From the NCBI GenBank assembly GCA_965277805.1, contig OZ255842.1:2720001-2784000 (forward strand): a DNA stretch of 64,000 nucleotides, in the 5' to 3' direction. The notes below the pieces were generated by a model. The model saw only the letters and a list, made by a program, of their open reading frames with translations. It searched no databases and was not told where the DNA came from. This DNA comes from Candidatus Lustribacter sp. Lineage in GTDB: Bacteria > Vulcanimicrobiota > Vulcanimicrobiia > Vulcanimicrobiales > Vulcanimicrobiaceae. The translations under genes and the position numbers were made by a program. Positions 17,916-26,950 of this stretch are shown here, in pieces (position 1 is the stretch's first letter; the number at the start of each line of letters is the position of its first letter).

Positions 17916-18965
17916 TTATTGGCCTTGGGCCCAGGCTAGTTGGGCTCGGGCGCATTCGGTGTGGAGGTTCATGAAGCGGTCGACGTCGTCTTTGTTGACG
18001 AAGGGGTTGGGGTCGCCGGGTTTGCGGGCGCGGACGGCGTCGAGTTTTTGCAACGTATTGTCGTATTCGGCGTGGATGTGGATGATCGTGTCGACGCCGG
18101 CTTTGTCTTCGAGGTCTTTGAAGCGCTGGGATGAGGCGATGTAGGTGGTAGCCATGGTCGCCATGTCGGGGAACATTTGCACGCCCTCCTGGACGAGGCG
18201 CATGAAGTCGCCGCCCAGCATTCCGGCCATGTGCCGCTGGGTGCCGTCTTTCACCGGAAAGATCAGCGAGAGATTTCCGGGTGTGGACGTCGGCGTTGAG
18301 TAGAGGGTAACGGTCGTGTCGCCGAGGGTGAGCTTCTCGCCGTCGTAGGCCACCATGTCGCGCACCGGTTTGACGCCGGCGGGGGAGTTGTCTTTGGCGA
18401 GCAGGTCCCAGTCGATGGCCGACATGATCACGTGCGCGTTCGGGACCATCTTCTTCAGCGCGTTGATGCCCCACGATTGATCCGAGTGCGAGCGTACGAC
18501 GATCGCATATTTGATGTTGGCCGGATCCAGACCGAACGTTTTCAGCTCGTTCACGAGTTCGGGCGTTACCCACGGGAAATTCGTGTTGAGGAGAATGATG
18601 CCGGCCGAGGTGGTCAGCGCCCAGGTCGATTCGGTTTGCGTTCCGATGTAGTAGAGGTTGTCGAACACGCGAACGGGCGGGACGTACCATTGATCGCGCG
18701 GGGTCGGCACGAGCTTCTCTTTTTCTTCCGGTTCGCCGGCGCCGACGAACGGCGGCTTCGCAGCGGGCTTCGGCTGCGAGCAGATTAACTTGAACATCGA
18801 ACTGTAGGTTTGCCACGGCTTCGCGTTCGCGCCCGGAGGCGACACGAGCGCCGTCGCTGCGGCCAGATGCGCCTGCGCGGCCGATACCGCCTGGCCGTTC
18901 GCATCCGAAGTGATGCCGCCGGCGAGCAGCGCCGTGCACAGCGCCGCGCTCCAGAAACGCCTCAA
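17916..18965 (-). CDS. Secreted metallo-beta-lactamase-fold protein (subclass B3-like) with degenerate metal motif
   Basis: TTG start overlapping the upstream stop; signal peptide; PVRVFDNLYYIG, TSAGIILL, GLDPANIKY, LTLGDTTVTL; RSHSDQ where HxHxDH is expected. Confidence 0.8.
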   Translation of the reverse strand: MRRFWSAALCTALLAGGITSDANGQAVSAAQAHLAAATALVSPPGANAKPWQTYSSMFKLICSQPKPAAKPPFVGAGEPEEKEKLVPTPRDQWYVPPVRVFDNLYYIGTQTESTWALTTSAGIILLNTNFPWVTPELVNELKTFGLDPANIKYAIVVRSHSDQSWGINALKKMVPNAHVIMSAIDWDLLAKDNSPAGVKPVRDMVAYDGEKLTLGDTTVTLYSTPTSTPGNLSLIFPVKDGTQRHMAGMLGGDFMRLVQEGVQMFPDMATMATTYIASSQRFKDLEDKAGVDTIIHIHAEYDNTLQKLDAVRARKPGDPNPFVNKDDVDRFMNLHTECARAQLAWAQGQ

Positions 18966-19918
18966 GTAGAAACGACCGTTTGCAGCAGTTCGCGCGCATC
19001 GAAGCGCTGGGGAATGTTCTTGTACTTCGCCATCAGGTCGATCACGGGTTGAATCGCCGACGGCTCGACCGTGGGCGGCGTGAAGCCGTGGCGCATGTCG
19101 ACCGCGACCTTTGGATCCATGCCCGAATACGACGCCATGATCTGGCTCGTCTCCGGAATGTGCGCGTTGCTGTAGGCAGCGGCACGCTGCAGCACCTTGG
19201 CGAAGCGCGCGACGGTGTCTTGATTCTTCGCCGCGTACTCGCGGCTGGAGAAGTAGACGACTTCGAGGATCGGGCGTTCGTAGCCGGTCAGCTCGTCGAT
19301 GAAGAACCGCAACTTGCCGGCGCGCACGTCCTGCATCATCACGGGCTCGGCGATCAGGCCCGCGTCGATCCGGTTCTGTTCGATTGCAGCCGACACGGCA
19401 GCGGTCGGCGGCAGTTCGATAAACTTCACCGTTGAGGAGTCCCCGCCGCGCGCGTCGATCAGCGCACGCAGACCAAGGTAGGCGATGTCGCCGATGGCAG
19501 AGCACGAGACGACCTTGCCTTGAAGATCGAGCGGCGTGCGCAGCGGCGAATTCGCGGCCACCACGATGCCGGCGGTCGCGACGTCCTTGCGGTAGATGAT
19601 CGATGGGGCGACGATCGCAAACGGCAGGTTTCGCGCATACGCCGCGATGATCGACGTAATGCTCGCCATCCCGATATCCTTCGCTCCGCCTACGATCGAT
19701 TGCGCAACGACCGCACCGGTCGTGGCCTGCTGCCAATCGACGTCGAGACCGGCCTGGCGAAAGAGTCCCGTATTCAGCGCGTAGAGAAACGGGCGCACGG
19801 CATCGGCTACCGACGCGATGAAACGCACCGGAGTCAGCGGCGCATTTTGCGCGAGCGCCGCCGGCGTTACCGCCGCAGCCACCGCGCCGCCGATCATCGC
19901 CGCACGCGTGATCGCCAT
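18962..19918 (-). CDS. ABC transporter substrate-binding protein, SsuA/NMT1-like
   Basis: GLFRQAGLDV, NSPLRTPLDLQGKVV, RIDAGLIAEP; TGATG overlap with the Rieske gene. Confidence 0.85.
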   Translation of the reverse strand: MAITRAAMIGGAVAAAVTPAALAQNAPLTPVRFIASVADAVRPFLYALNTGLFRQAGLDVDWQQATTGAVVAQSIVGGAKDIGMASITSIIAAYARNLPFAIVAPSIIYRKDVATAGIVVAANSPLRTPLDLQGKVVSCSAIGDIAYLGLRALIDARGGDSSTVKFIELPPTAAVSAAIEQNRIDAGLIAEPVMMQDVRAGKLRFFIDELTGYERPILEVVYFSSREYAAKNQDTVARFAKVLQRAAAYSNAHIPETSQIMASYSGMDPKVAVDMRHGFTPPTVEPSAIQPVIDLMAKYKNIPQRFDARELLQTVVST

Positions 19919-21180
19919 CAGAAGCGGACCAGTAGCTCCGACTGCAGCGCTTCGTGCCAATCGGCGCCCTTTTCAACCGTATGGTTGCCGCCGCGCAGCG
20001 CGCGGAACGTGGCCGGATCGGTGCCGCGCGGAGACCCGCCGGCTTCGACCGTATCGACCGCTTCGAGCAAGAGGCGGCGCAGCACGATCACCGCGCGATC
20101 GGTCGTGCCGAGATGTTCTTTTGAGCGGTCGACGACCGGGCCCATGCCCACTTGCAGCGCGATGTCTTGCGTGTTGATGCCCGGAATGCCGGTGAACGTG
20201 CGCTTCTGCAACTCGCGGTCGATGAAGAAGTCGTTGGAGAGCTGCGCCTTGAGGCGGAACGGACGATCGGGGTCGAGATCTTCCGGACCGCGTCCGATCT
20301 CGTGCTCCGACTCCTCGATGAACTTCTGCGTCAGCGGCACGGCCGGATTATCGGAGTACATGAAGTTGTAGATCACCGTGTGCGTGTCGTCCATCGGCAC
20401 CCAGTAGTGACCGTTGATCGTGAGGATCTCCGGGTCGAAGGCGTGGTTCTGACCGCGAATCTGCATCACCGGCATCACGTAGTGATAGACGCGCACGTGC
20501 TGCAAATCGCCGCGCGACCGGATGCCGGTATACAGATAGCCGTAGTCGGTCGGCTCGACTTCGATGCGGGGCACCGTGGCGTCGTAGTTGCTCAAGAACG
20601 AACGGTCGCCGATTTTCTGGTTGTGCAAGATCAGCACGTGCGCGGAATCGAAACCGCCTTCGACGGCCTGCAGGTAGTTGCAGTCCTCGTACGTTTTCGA
20701 GACGTGGCGATGCGATGCCGGCGCACGCAGCAGTTCGCCGTCGGGTGGTTCGGGCTGGGACTCGGGCGGCCCCATGTACGTCCACAGCATACCGCCCGCT
20801 TCGTAGGTGGGATAGGCGCTGATCGTGACCTTCGTTTTGAACAGCGAATCCAGTGGTTCCGACGGCATGTCGACGCACGTGCCGTTGCGATCGAACTTCC
20901 AACCGTGATAGACGCAGCGCAAACCGCACTCTTCGTTGCGGCCGAAGAACATCGGCGCGCGGCGGTGCGGGCAGAACGCGTCGACGAGCCCGACCTTGCC
21001 GTCGCTGTCGCGAAACGCGACCAGGTCTTCGCCGAGGATACGCACGCGTATGGGTGCGCCGTCGGGCTCCGGGAGTTCGCTCGAGAGCGCCGCCGGCAGC
21101 CAGTAGCGCCGCAGCGTTTCACCCATCGGCGTTCCGCGGCCCACGCGCGTCAAACGTTCGTTTTCTTGCGGCGTCAACAT
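19918..21180 (-). CDS. Rieske non-heme iron oxygenase alpha subunit (phthalate 4,5-dioxygenase/LigX-like)
   Basis: ENERLTRVGRGTPMG..LRRYW, CPHRR...CVYHGW, DSAHVLILH, QD..QVGMGP..DRSKEHLGTTD. Confidence 0.93.
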   Translation of the reverse strand: MLTPQENERLTRVGRGTPMGETLRRYWLPAALSSELPEPDGAPIRVRILGEDLVAFRDSDGKVGLVDAFCPHRRAPMFFGRNEECGLRCVYHGWKFDRNGTCVDMPSEPLDSLFKTKVTISAYPTYEAGGMLWTYMGPPESQPEPPDGELLRAPASHRHVSKTYEDCNYLQAVEGGFDSAHVLILHNQKIGDRSFLSNYDATVPRIEVEPTDYGYLYTGIRSRGDLQHVRVYHYVMPVMQIRGQNHAFDPEILTINGHYWVPMDDTHTVIYNFMYSDNPAVPLTQKFIEESEHEIGRGPEDLDPDRPFRLKAQLSNDFFIDRELQKRTFTGIPGINTQDIALQVGMGPVVDRSKEHLGTTDRAVIVLRRLLLEAVDTVEAGGSPRGTDPATFRALRGGNHTVEKGADWHEALQSELLVRF

Positions 21181-21282
21181 ACGCGGTGGGTCTCCTAAGA
21201 TGCGAAGCGGCGGGGAGCACGAATGGGGTTCGAAAAGCGTTTTCTGCGCGCTCTCGTTGCCGCCTCCGGAGGATCTCGCATC

Positions 21283-22245
21283 ATGGTCGTTTCCCGTGCT
21301 CACGCGCTCACCGTCATGGCGGGCGCGGCGCTCGCCTTCCCCGCCGCGGGAAGTGCGCAAACCCCGGTGGTGGTGCGGATCGGAACGCCCGGCAACGACG
21401 GCAACGCGCTCGCCTACTACGCCTTCGAGAACGGCGTCTTTCGGAAGTACGGAATCACGGCCCAGATTCAGACCATCCGCACCGGCAGCGGCGCGGGGAT
21501 CGCGGGCGCGGTGATCGGCGGCGCGCTCGACATCGGCGAAGGCGACATCATCGCGGTAGCCGCCGCGCGCGAACATGGGCTGCCGCTGGTTCTCATCGCG
21601 CCGTCATTTCTACATCGCGGACCGGCGCCTGTCAGCGCGCTGATCGTCGCCAAGAGCTCGGCGATCCACACCGGTGCCGATCTCAACGGTGCGACGATCG
21701 CCGTTCCGTCCCTCACCGGTCCGGCGAAGCTGGTAACCGTTGCATGGTTGAAAAAGAACGGTGCCGATCTTGCATCGGTCAAGTACGTCGAACTTCCGCA
21801 AACGGCGATGGCCGCAGCGATCGCCCGTGGCACCGTGGCCGCCGCGACGACCACCGAACCGAACCTGGCCGGCGCACTCGACGACGTGCGCGTCCTCGGC
21901 TACGTCTACGATGCGATCGGCAACCCGCTGCAAGTCACGAGCTGGTTCGCGACGGAAGACTGGGTCAAGGCCAACCCCGACGTTGCCCGCCGTTTCGTCG
22001 CGGCCGTGCGCGAATCGGCCGTGTGGGCGAACAATCCGAAAAATCACGCCGCGTCGGCAGCCATACTTCAGAAGTACACGCCGTTCAGCGCGGACCTGTT
22101 GCCGAAGATGCATCGCGCACAGTACGGCGAGTACTTCGATCCGGCGACGATCCAGCCGCTGCTCGATGCGGCCTACGATCAGAAGTCGCTACAAAAGCCC
22201 ATCGCGGCAAAGGATCTGTTCAGCAGCATCGCCGCTACACACTAG
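21283..22245 (+). CDS. ABC transporter substrate-binding protein, SsuA/NMT1-like
   Basis: GGAGG RBS; GVFRKYGI, IHTGADLNGATIAV, EP; paralog of 30727-31701. Confidence 0.85.
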   Translation: MVVSRAHALTVMAGAALAFPAAGSAQTPVVVRIGTPGNDGNALAYYAFENGVFRKYGITAQIQTIRTGSGAGIAGAVIGGALDIGEGDIIAVAAAREHGLPLVLIAPSFLHRGPAPVSALIVAKSSAIHTGADLNGATIAVPSLTGPAKLVTVAWLKKNGADLASVKYVELPQTAMAAAIARGTVAAATTTEPNLAGALDDVRVLGYVYDAIGNPLQVTSWFATEDWVKANPDVARRFVAAVRESAVWANNPKNHAASAAILQKYTPFSADLLPKMHRAQYGEYFDPATIQPLLDAAYDQKSLQKPIAAKDLFSSIAATH

Positions 22246-22963
22246 CCGCGAGAATTGCGGGGAGTGCGATCTCGGAGCCGGTGTTCAGAGCGAGTACGTT
22301 CGGGCCGCCGGTTGCGTCGGGGTTGATCTCGATCACGTTCACACTCGCGTCCCCGACACGTCCGAGCGACGCGGCGGGATACACCGCGAGCGAGGTTCCG
22401 CCGACGATGATGAGATCGGCGGCTTGCGATTCGCGCGCCGCGCTTTCCCACGCGCCTTCCGGTAACGACTCCCCGAACCACACGACGTTCGGCCGCAACT
22501 TGCCGCCGCACGCGTGCGGGATGCGCGCGAGATCGAACGGCGCATCGAGCGTCTCGCGATACGCGCAGCCGGTGCAGCGGACGGTTTGGAGATCGCCGTG
22601 CAGTTCGACCAGGGCGCGCGAACCCGCGCGCTTCTGCAGGCCGTCGACGTTTTGCGTCGCGTGAAACACGTGCGGCACGACGCGCTCGAGTTCGGCCAGC
22701 GCGCGATGCCCCGCGTTCGGTTCGGCGACGGCATAGGCTTCGAACCGCTCGTTGTACCACGTCCACACGAGCACCGGATCGCGCTCGAAGCCCGCGCGGC
22801 TCGCGAGTTCTTCGAAACGCTTCTCGCGCCAGTAGCCGCCGTCGCCGCGAAACGTCTTCAGGCCCGAGGCGACGCCGAGCCCCGCGCCGGTAAGAACGAA
22901 CACTCGCTGCGCCTGCCGCAACAAAGCGGCTGCTGCTTCGATGTCTTGCGCATCTAGCGACAT
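22235..22963 (-). CDS. cobB: NAD-dependent protein deacylase, Sir2/CobB family
   Basis: LTGAG..SG..TFRG, WYNER (YxxR), TQNVDGL, ELHG, LRPNVVWFGE, GTSLAVYPAA. Confidence 0.9.
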   Translation of the reverse strand: MSLDAQDIEAAAALLRQAQRVFVLTGAGLGVASGLKTFRGDGGYWREKRFEELASRAGFERDPVLVWTWYNERFEAYAVAEPNAGHRALAELERVVPHVFHATQNVDGLQKRAGSRALVELHGDLQTVRCTGCAYRETLDAPFDLARIPHACGGKLRPNVVWFGESLPEGAWESAARESQAADLIIVGGTSLAVYPAASLGRVGDASVNVIEINPDATGGPNVLALNTGSEIALPAILAASV

Positions 22964-24408
22964 TCCGGCAAGATGCGGCCCAGGCGCGCGATCGCCTCTT
23001 CCATCGTTGCCTCATCGTGCTCGGCAAATCCGAAGATGAATTCACCCGGTACCGGATCGCGCAGATGATGCGGCGCGGTGCTCATCACCGCAACCCCGGC
23101 GCGGCGTGCGCGCTCGATGAAGCGGCCGGTTTCCAAGAGCGGCAACCGCACGACGAGGTGCATGCCGGCGCTTTCGCCGCTCACCTCGAGCCCATCGCCG
23201 ATGTGGCGCCGCAAGGAATCGAGCAGCGCCGCGCGCCGCGCGCGGTAGAGGACCCGCATCCGCCGCAAATGACGTTCGAAACCGCCGTCGACGATGAACG
23301 ACGCGAGCGCGCGCTGTTCGAGAATCGGCGACTGACGGTCGGCGAACCCCTTGGCCGCCTGGAGCACGTCGCGCAGGGCCGGCGGCGCCACGACGTAGCC
23401 GATGCGCAGCGCCGGAAACATCGTCTTCGAAAACGTCCCGACGTACACGACGCGTCCCGACGTATCGATGCCGTAGAGCGCGGGAATCGGCCGGCCCTCG
23501 TAGCGGTAGGCGCTGTCGTAGTCGTCTTCGACCACGATCGCGCTGTTGCGCTCGGCCCAGGCGAGCAAGGCACGCCGCCGCGTCGCCGCCAGCAGCACGC
23601 CCAGCGGAAATTGATGCGACGGCGTGACGTACACCAGCCGCGCGCCCGCAGCGTACCGCTCCAAGGCGTCGACCCGGATGCCGTCGTGGTCGACGGCGAT
23701 CGCGCGCAGGTCGGCACCGTGCGCGCTGAACGTGCGCTGGGCACCGAGGTAGCCGGGCTCTTCGAGCGCGACGACATCGCCGGGTTCGACCAGCACGCGT
23801 GCGACCAGATCGATCGCTTGCTGCGAACCGTTGACGATCGTCACGTCGCGCGCGGTGCACGCTATCCCGCGCGCCCGTCCCAAATACGCTGCGATCGCGG
23901 CGCGCAACGGCAGATAGCCGGCCGGATCGGCGCTGTAGTCGAGCAGCGATCCGTCACGTGACGCGCCGGAAAGCGCTCGGCGCCATTCGGCGTGCGGAAA
24001 CGCGCTGAAGGCGGGGCGGCCGTCGCGAAAATCGATAAGACCCGCGCGGCGCGGCGGTTCGAGCGGCCCAGCCTCGGTGAGCGACGCGCCGTAAGTGGAA
24101 AGCCGGATGGACGCCTTACCGCCTTCGGCGTCATCAGCGCTGCGCGGTAACGGACCCTCCGGCAACTCCGCGCTGACGAACGTGCCGGAGCCGGTGGTTG
24201 CTTGCAGATAACCTTCACTGTGAAGCTGCGCGAAGCTCGACACGATCGTCGAGCGCGAAACACCGAGCGCTTCGGCGAGCGCGCGCGTTGAAGGCAGCCG
24301 CGTACCCGGTGCAACCTGGGCGTTGAGAATCGCCCCACGCAGTCCTTCGTAGAGTTGCCGATGCAACGGAACGTTGCTCGACGCGTCGAGTTCGAGCGGC
24401 AACTCCAT
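22954..24408 (-). CDS. MocR/GabR/PdxR family regulator (GntR HTH plus PLP aminotransferase domain)
   Basis: RLPSTRALAEALGVSR..GSGTFV; YVTPSHQFPLG, EDDYDS, GTFSKTMFPALRIGY. Confidence 0.95.
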   Translation of the reverse strand: MELPLELDASSNVPLHRQLYEGLRGAILNAQVAPGTRLPSTRALAEALGVSRSTIVSSFAQLHSEGYLQATTGSGTFVSAELPEGPLPRSADDAEGGKASIRLSTYGASLTEAGPLEPPRRAGLIDFRDGRPAFSAFPHAEWRRALSGASRDGSLLDYSADPAGYLPLRAAIAAYLGRARGIACTARDVTIVNGSQQAIDLVARVLVEPGDVVALEEPGYLGAQRTFSAHGADLRAIAVDHDGIRVDALERYAAGARLVYVTPSHQFPLGVLLAATRRRALLAWAERNSAIVVEDDYDSAYRYEGRPIPALYGIDTSGRVVYVGTFSKTMFPALRIGYVVAPPALRDVLQAAKGFADRQSPILEQRALASFIVDGGFERHLRRMRVLYRARRAALLDSLRRHIGDGLEVSGESAGMHLVVRLPLLETGRFIERARRAGVAVMSTAPHHLRDPVPGEFIFGFAEHDEATMEEAIARLGRILPECR

Positions 24409-24415
24409 GCTTTCC

Positions 24416-24447
24416 GGTGGTATGCTCTCCTTCCACCAAAATGGTAC
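24416..24447. promoter_or_regulatory. Putative MocR-family operator
   Basis: TGGTAT (24418) and TGGTAC (24442) direct repeats plus GGTGG...CCACC inverted repeat, just upstream of the MocR start. Confidence 0.5.
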
Positions 24448-24712
24448 TTGAGTACGACCACTCGCGCCATTACGCTATGTGACACCGAATCAGTTCCGTT
24501 TTGTCCATCTTGCGTACGCTCCAGCGTGCAAGACGGCGAAGCATGCGTGGAACTGATTTCCGTCACGTCACGACGTCTTCAGCAATTTTATACAAACGAC
24601 CACTCAGCGTCGTGATGCGCGTCGCAAATTGACATTCTTGTCGCGCGCGATCTCCTCTATAGTTCTCCTAACGTCAACGCCCCTCAATGTCGTTCAGGAG
24701 ATGCAATCAACC

Positions 24713-26101
24713 ATGTTACCGCAAGCAACAAGCCTGCGCACCCACTGTCTGAGCTTCTGGACCGTCCTGGCTCAGAGTATTGCGCTGATCTCACCGACGA
24801 TGACTGCGGTGCTGATCGTACCACTGATGTTCGGCACGACCGGAAACGCGAGTTGGCTCGCCTACGCGTTCGGCACGATCATGCTGTTATTCGTCGCATT
24901 CAACCTCAACCAATTCGCACGCCGCTCCTCGCACACCGGATCGATGTTCTTGTATTCGGTGGCGGGGCTCGGGCCAACCGCAGGCGGCATGGCCGGCTGG
25001 TGCCTGATCTGGGCCTACATGTTCATCGGAACGGCCGGGGTCAGCGGCTTCACCATCTTCGCGCAACAGCTGCTCGTGATGATGCACGTCAACGTCCCGG
25101 CCGTCGCGCTGTTTGCGCTGTGCGCAGCGATCTGCTGGTACTGCGCCTACAAAGACGTCCGACTCTCGGCGGTGCTGATGCTCGTGCTCGAGGCGGTCTC
25201 GGTCGCGCTCATCGTGGTCCTCGCGTTCGCGGTCCTCGGACACCACAACTTTGCGCTCGACGCCGATCAGCTCTCGCTCAAGGGCAATACCCTCAACACC
25301 CTCGGCCTCGGCGTCGTGGTCGCGATCTTCAGCCTCGTCGGCTTCGAAGCGGCGACGGCGTTTGGTGAAGAAGCGAAGAATCCGCTCAAGAATATCCCGC
25401 GCGCGGTGATCGTGAGCTTGATCCTCACCGGCGTGTTCTTCATCTTCATCACCTACGTCGAAGTTTTGGGCCTGCGCGGCGTGAAGCCGTCGCTCGATGC
25501 TCAAACCGCCCCGCTCTCCACCCTCGCGACGATGATGCACCTCGACGTGCTGCAGATCCCGATCGATCTCGGTGCCATGTTGAGCTTCTTCTCGCTCGCG
25601 CTCTCGTGCATGAACGCCGGCGCCCGCGTGATCTTCCAAATGGGCCGCCAAGGGTACTTCCACGAAGCCACCGGCAACGCGCATTCGACCAACGAAACGC
25701 CGCATGTCGCGATTACGATCTACGCGCTGCTCGAGTTCGGGATCCCGGCGATCATCCTCTCGTTCAAAGGTCTGGCCGTCACCGACGTCTTCAACGACGC
25801 CGGAACGTTCGGGGCCTTCGGTTTCCTCGGCGCGTACATCTTCGTCTCGGTGGCGGCACCGATGCATCTGAAAAAGATCGGAGAGTTGCGCCCGCGCGAC
25901 ATTGCCTACTCGGTCGCGGCGCTCGTGTGCCTGCTCGTACCCGCCATCGGCAGCGTCTATCCGGTTCCCGCGCCGCCGGTCAACACGTTCGTCTACGCCT
26001 TCCTGCTGTACTTCCTCGTCGGACTCGCAGTCTTCGTGGCTCGCCGCAGCAGGCCGCAGACGGAGCCGATGGAACTCGCAACCGATGCTGCAGCAGCTTG
26101 A
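24713..26101 (+). CDS. APC family amino acid/amine permease
   Basis: AQSIALISPT, FARR, FSLVGFEAATAFGEEAKNPLKNIPRAV, ETPHVA; about 12 TM segments; start 24701 or 24713. Confidence 0.92.
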   Translation: MLPQATSLRTHCLSFWTVLAQSIALISPTMTAVLIVPLMFGTTGNASWLAYAFGTIMLLFVAFNLNQFARRSSHTGSMFLYSVAGLGPTAGGMAGWCLIWAYMFIGTAGVSGFTIFAQQLLVMMHVNVPAVALFALCAAICWYCAYKDVRLSAVLMLVLEAVSVALIVVLAFAVLGHHNFALDADQLSLKGNTLNTLGLGVVVAIFSLVGFEAATAFGEEAKNPLKNIPRAVIVSLILTGVFFIFITYVEVLGLRGVKPSLDAQTAPLSTLATMMHLDVLQIPIDLGAMLSFFSLALSCMNAGARVIFQMGRQGYFHEATGNAHSTNETPHVAITIYALLEFGIPAIILSFKGLAVTDVFNDAGTFGAFGFLGAYIFVSVAAPMHLKKIGELRPRDIAYSVAALVCLLVPAIGSVYPVPAPPVNTFVYAFLLYFLVGLAVFVARRSRPQTEPMELATDAAAA

Positions 26102-26909
26102 AGGGGCGATCATAGAACCGTTCGTCGCCCGGCTACGCGTGTTTCCATTCAAGTCGCTGGACGGCGCTGACGTGAAAACGTCGGCGCTCGTCGCGCGCGG
26201 CGGATTACGATCCGATCGCGCGTTCGCGTTGTTCGACGAGAACGGCGGCTTTGTCAATGCGAAGCGCGAACCGCGCGTGCACGAACTGCGCGTCGGGTAC
26301 GATGCGGACGTCACCCGCGCGACGTTCGTGAGCCCGCGCATCGCGACGCCGTTCAGCTTCGCGTTCGATGACGACACAAAGGCGCTCGAAAGCTGGTTGA
26401 GCGTACATTTCGAGCGGCCGGTGACGGTGCGCTGCGACTTGGACGGCGGCTTCCCCGACGATCTCAAAGCACCCGGACCGACGCTCGTATCAACGGAGAC
26501 GCTGGCCGCAATCGCCAGCTGGTTTCCGGGTCTCTCCGCCGACGACGTGCGCCTGCGCTTGCGGGCCAACATCGAACTCGGCGGCGTCCCCGCCTTCTGG
26601 GAAGACGGGCTGTTCACGCGGGCCGGCGAGGTTGTGCCGTTTCGCATCGGCGCTACCGTGCTCGAAGGCACGAACCCATGTGCTCGGTGCATCGTCCCCG
26701 GCCGCGACGCGCGAACCGGCGTCGCGCTTCCGACCTTTGCCAAAGTCGTCTCGCAGCAGCGCGCGGCCACGCTGCCGCGTTGGGCCGACCGCAGCCGCTT
26801 CGATCACTTCTATCGCCTGACCGTGAACACGCAAGCCGGAGCCGGGCAATCCGGCCGCACGATCGCCGTCGGAGACGTGCTCGAACCGTTGGCGGCAACG
26901 GCGCACTAA
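26085..26909 (+). CDS. MOSC domain protein (N-terminal beta-barrel plus MOSC; YcbX/mARC-like)
   Basis: RLRVFPFKSLDG, DRAFAL, RLRANIEL, PCARCIVP; start uncertain. Confidence 0.85.
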   Translation: MLQQLEGAIIEPFVARLRVFPFKSLDGADVKTSALVARGGLRSDRAFALFDENGGFVNAKREPRVHELRVGYDADVTRATFVSPRIATPFSFAFDDDTKALESWLSVHFERPVTVRCDLDGGFPDDLKAPGPTLVSTETLAAIASWFPGLSADDVRLRLRANIELGGVPAFWEDGLFTRAGEVVPFRIGATVLEGTNPCARCIVPGRDARTGVALPTFAKVVSQQRAATLPRWADRSRFDHFYRLTVNTQAGAGQSGRTIAVGDVLEPLAATAH

Positions 26910-26950
26910 AGTGATTCGACGTACGGGGACCGCCGGGAACGCGGCGGGAA

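Noticed and set aside
17916-19976. 686-aa ORF as one protein
   Set aside because: The N-terminal half is an off-frame read through the binding-protein gene; the real MBL-fold gene starts at TTG 18965.
20853-22664. 603-aa plus-strand ORF
   Set aside because: Arg-rich alternate-frame shadow over three well-supported genes.
24629-24663. TTGACA...TATAGT as a sigma70 promoter for the permease
   Set aside because: The spacer is 23 bp, too long for a canonical promoter.
24887-26770. 627-aa minus-strand ORF
   Set aside because: Antisense shadow of the APC permease and MOSC genes, typical of high-GC DNA.
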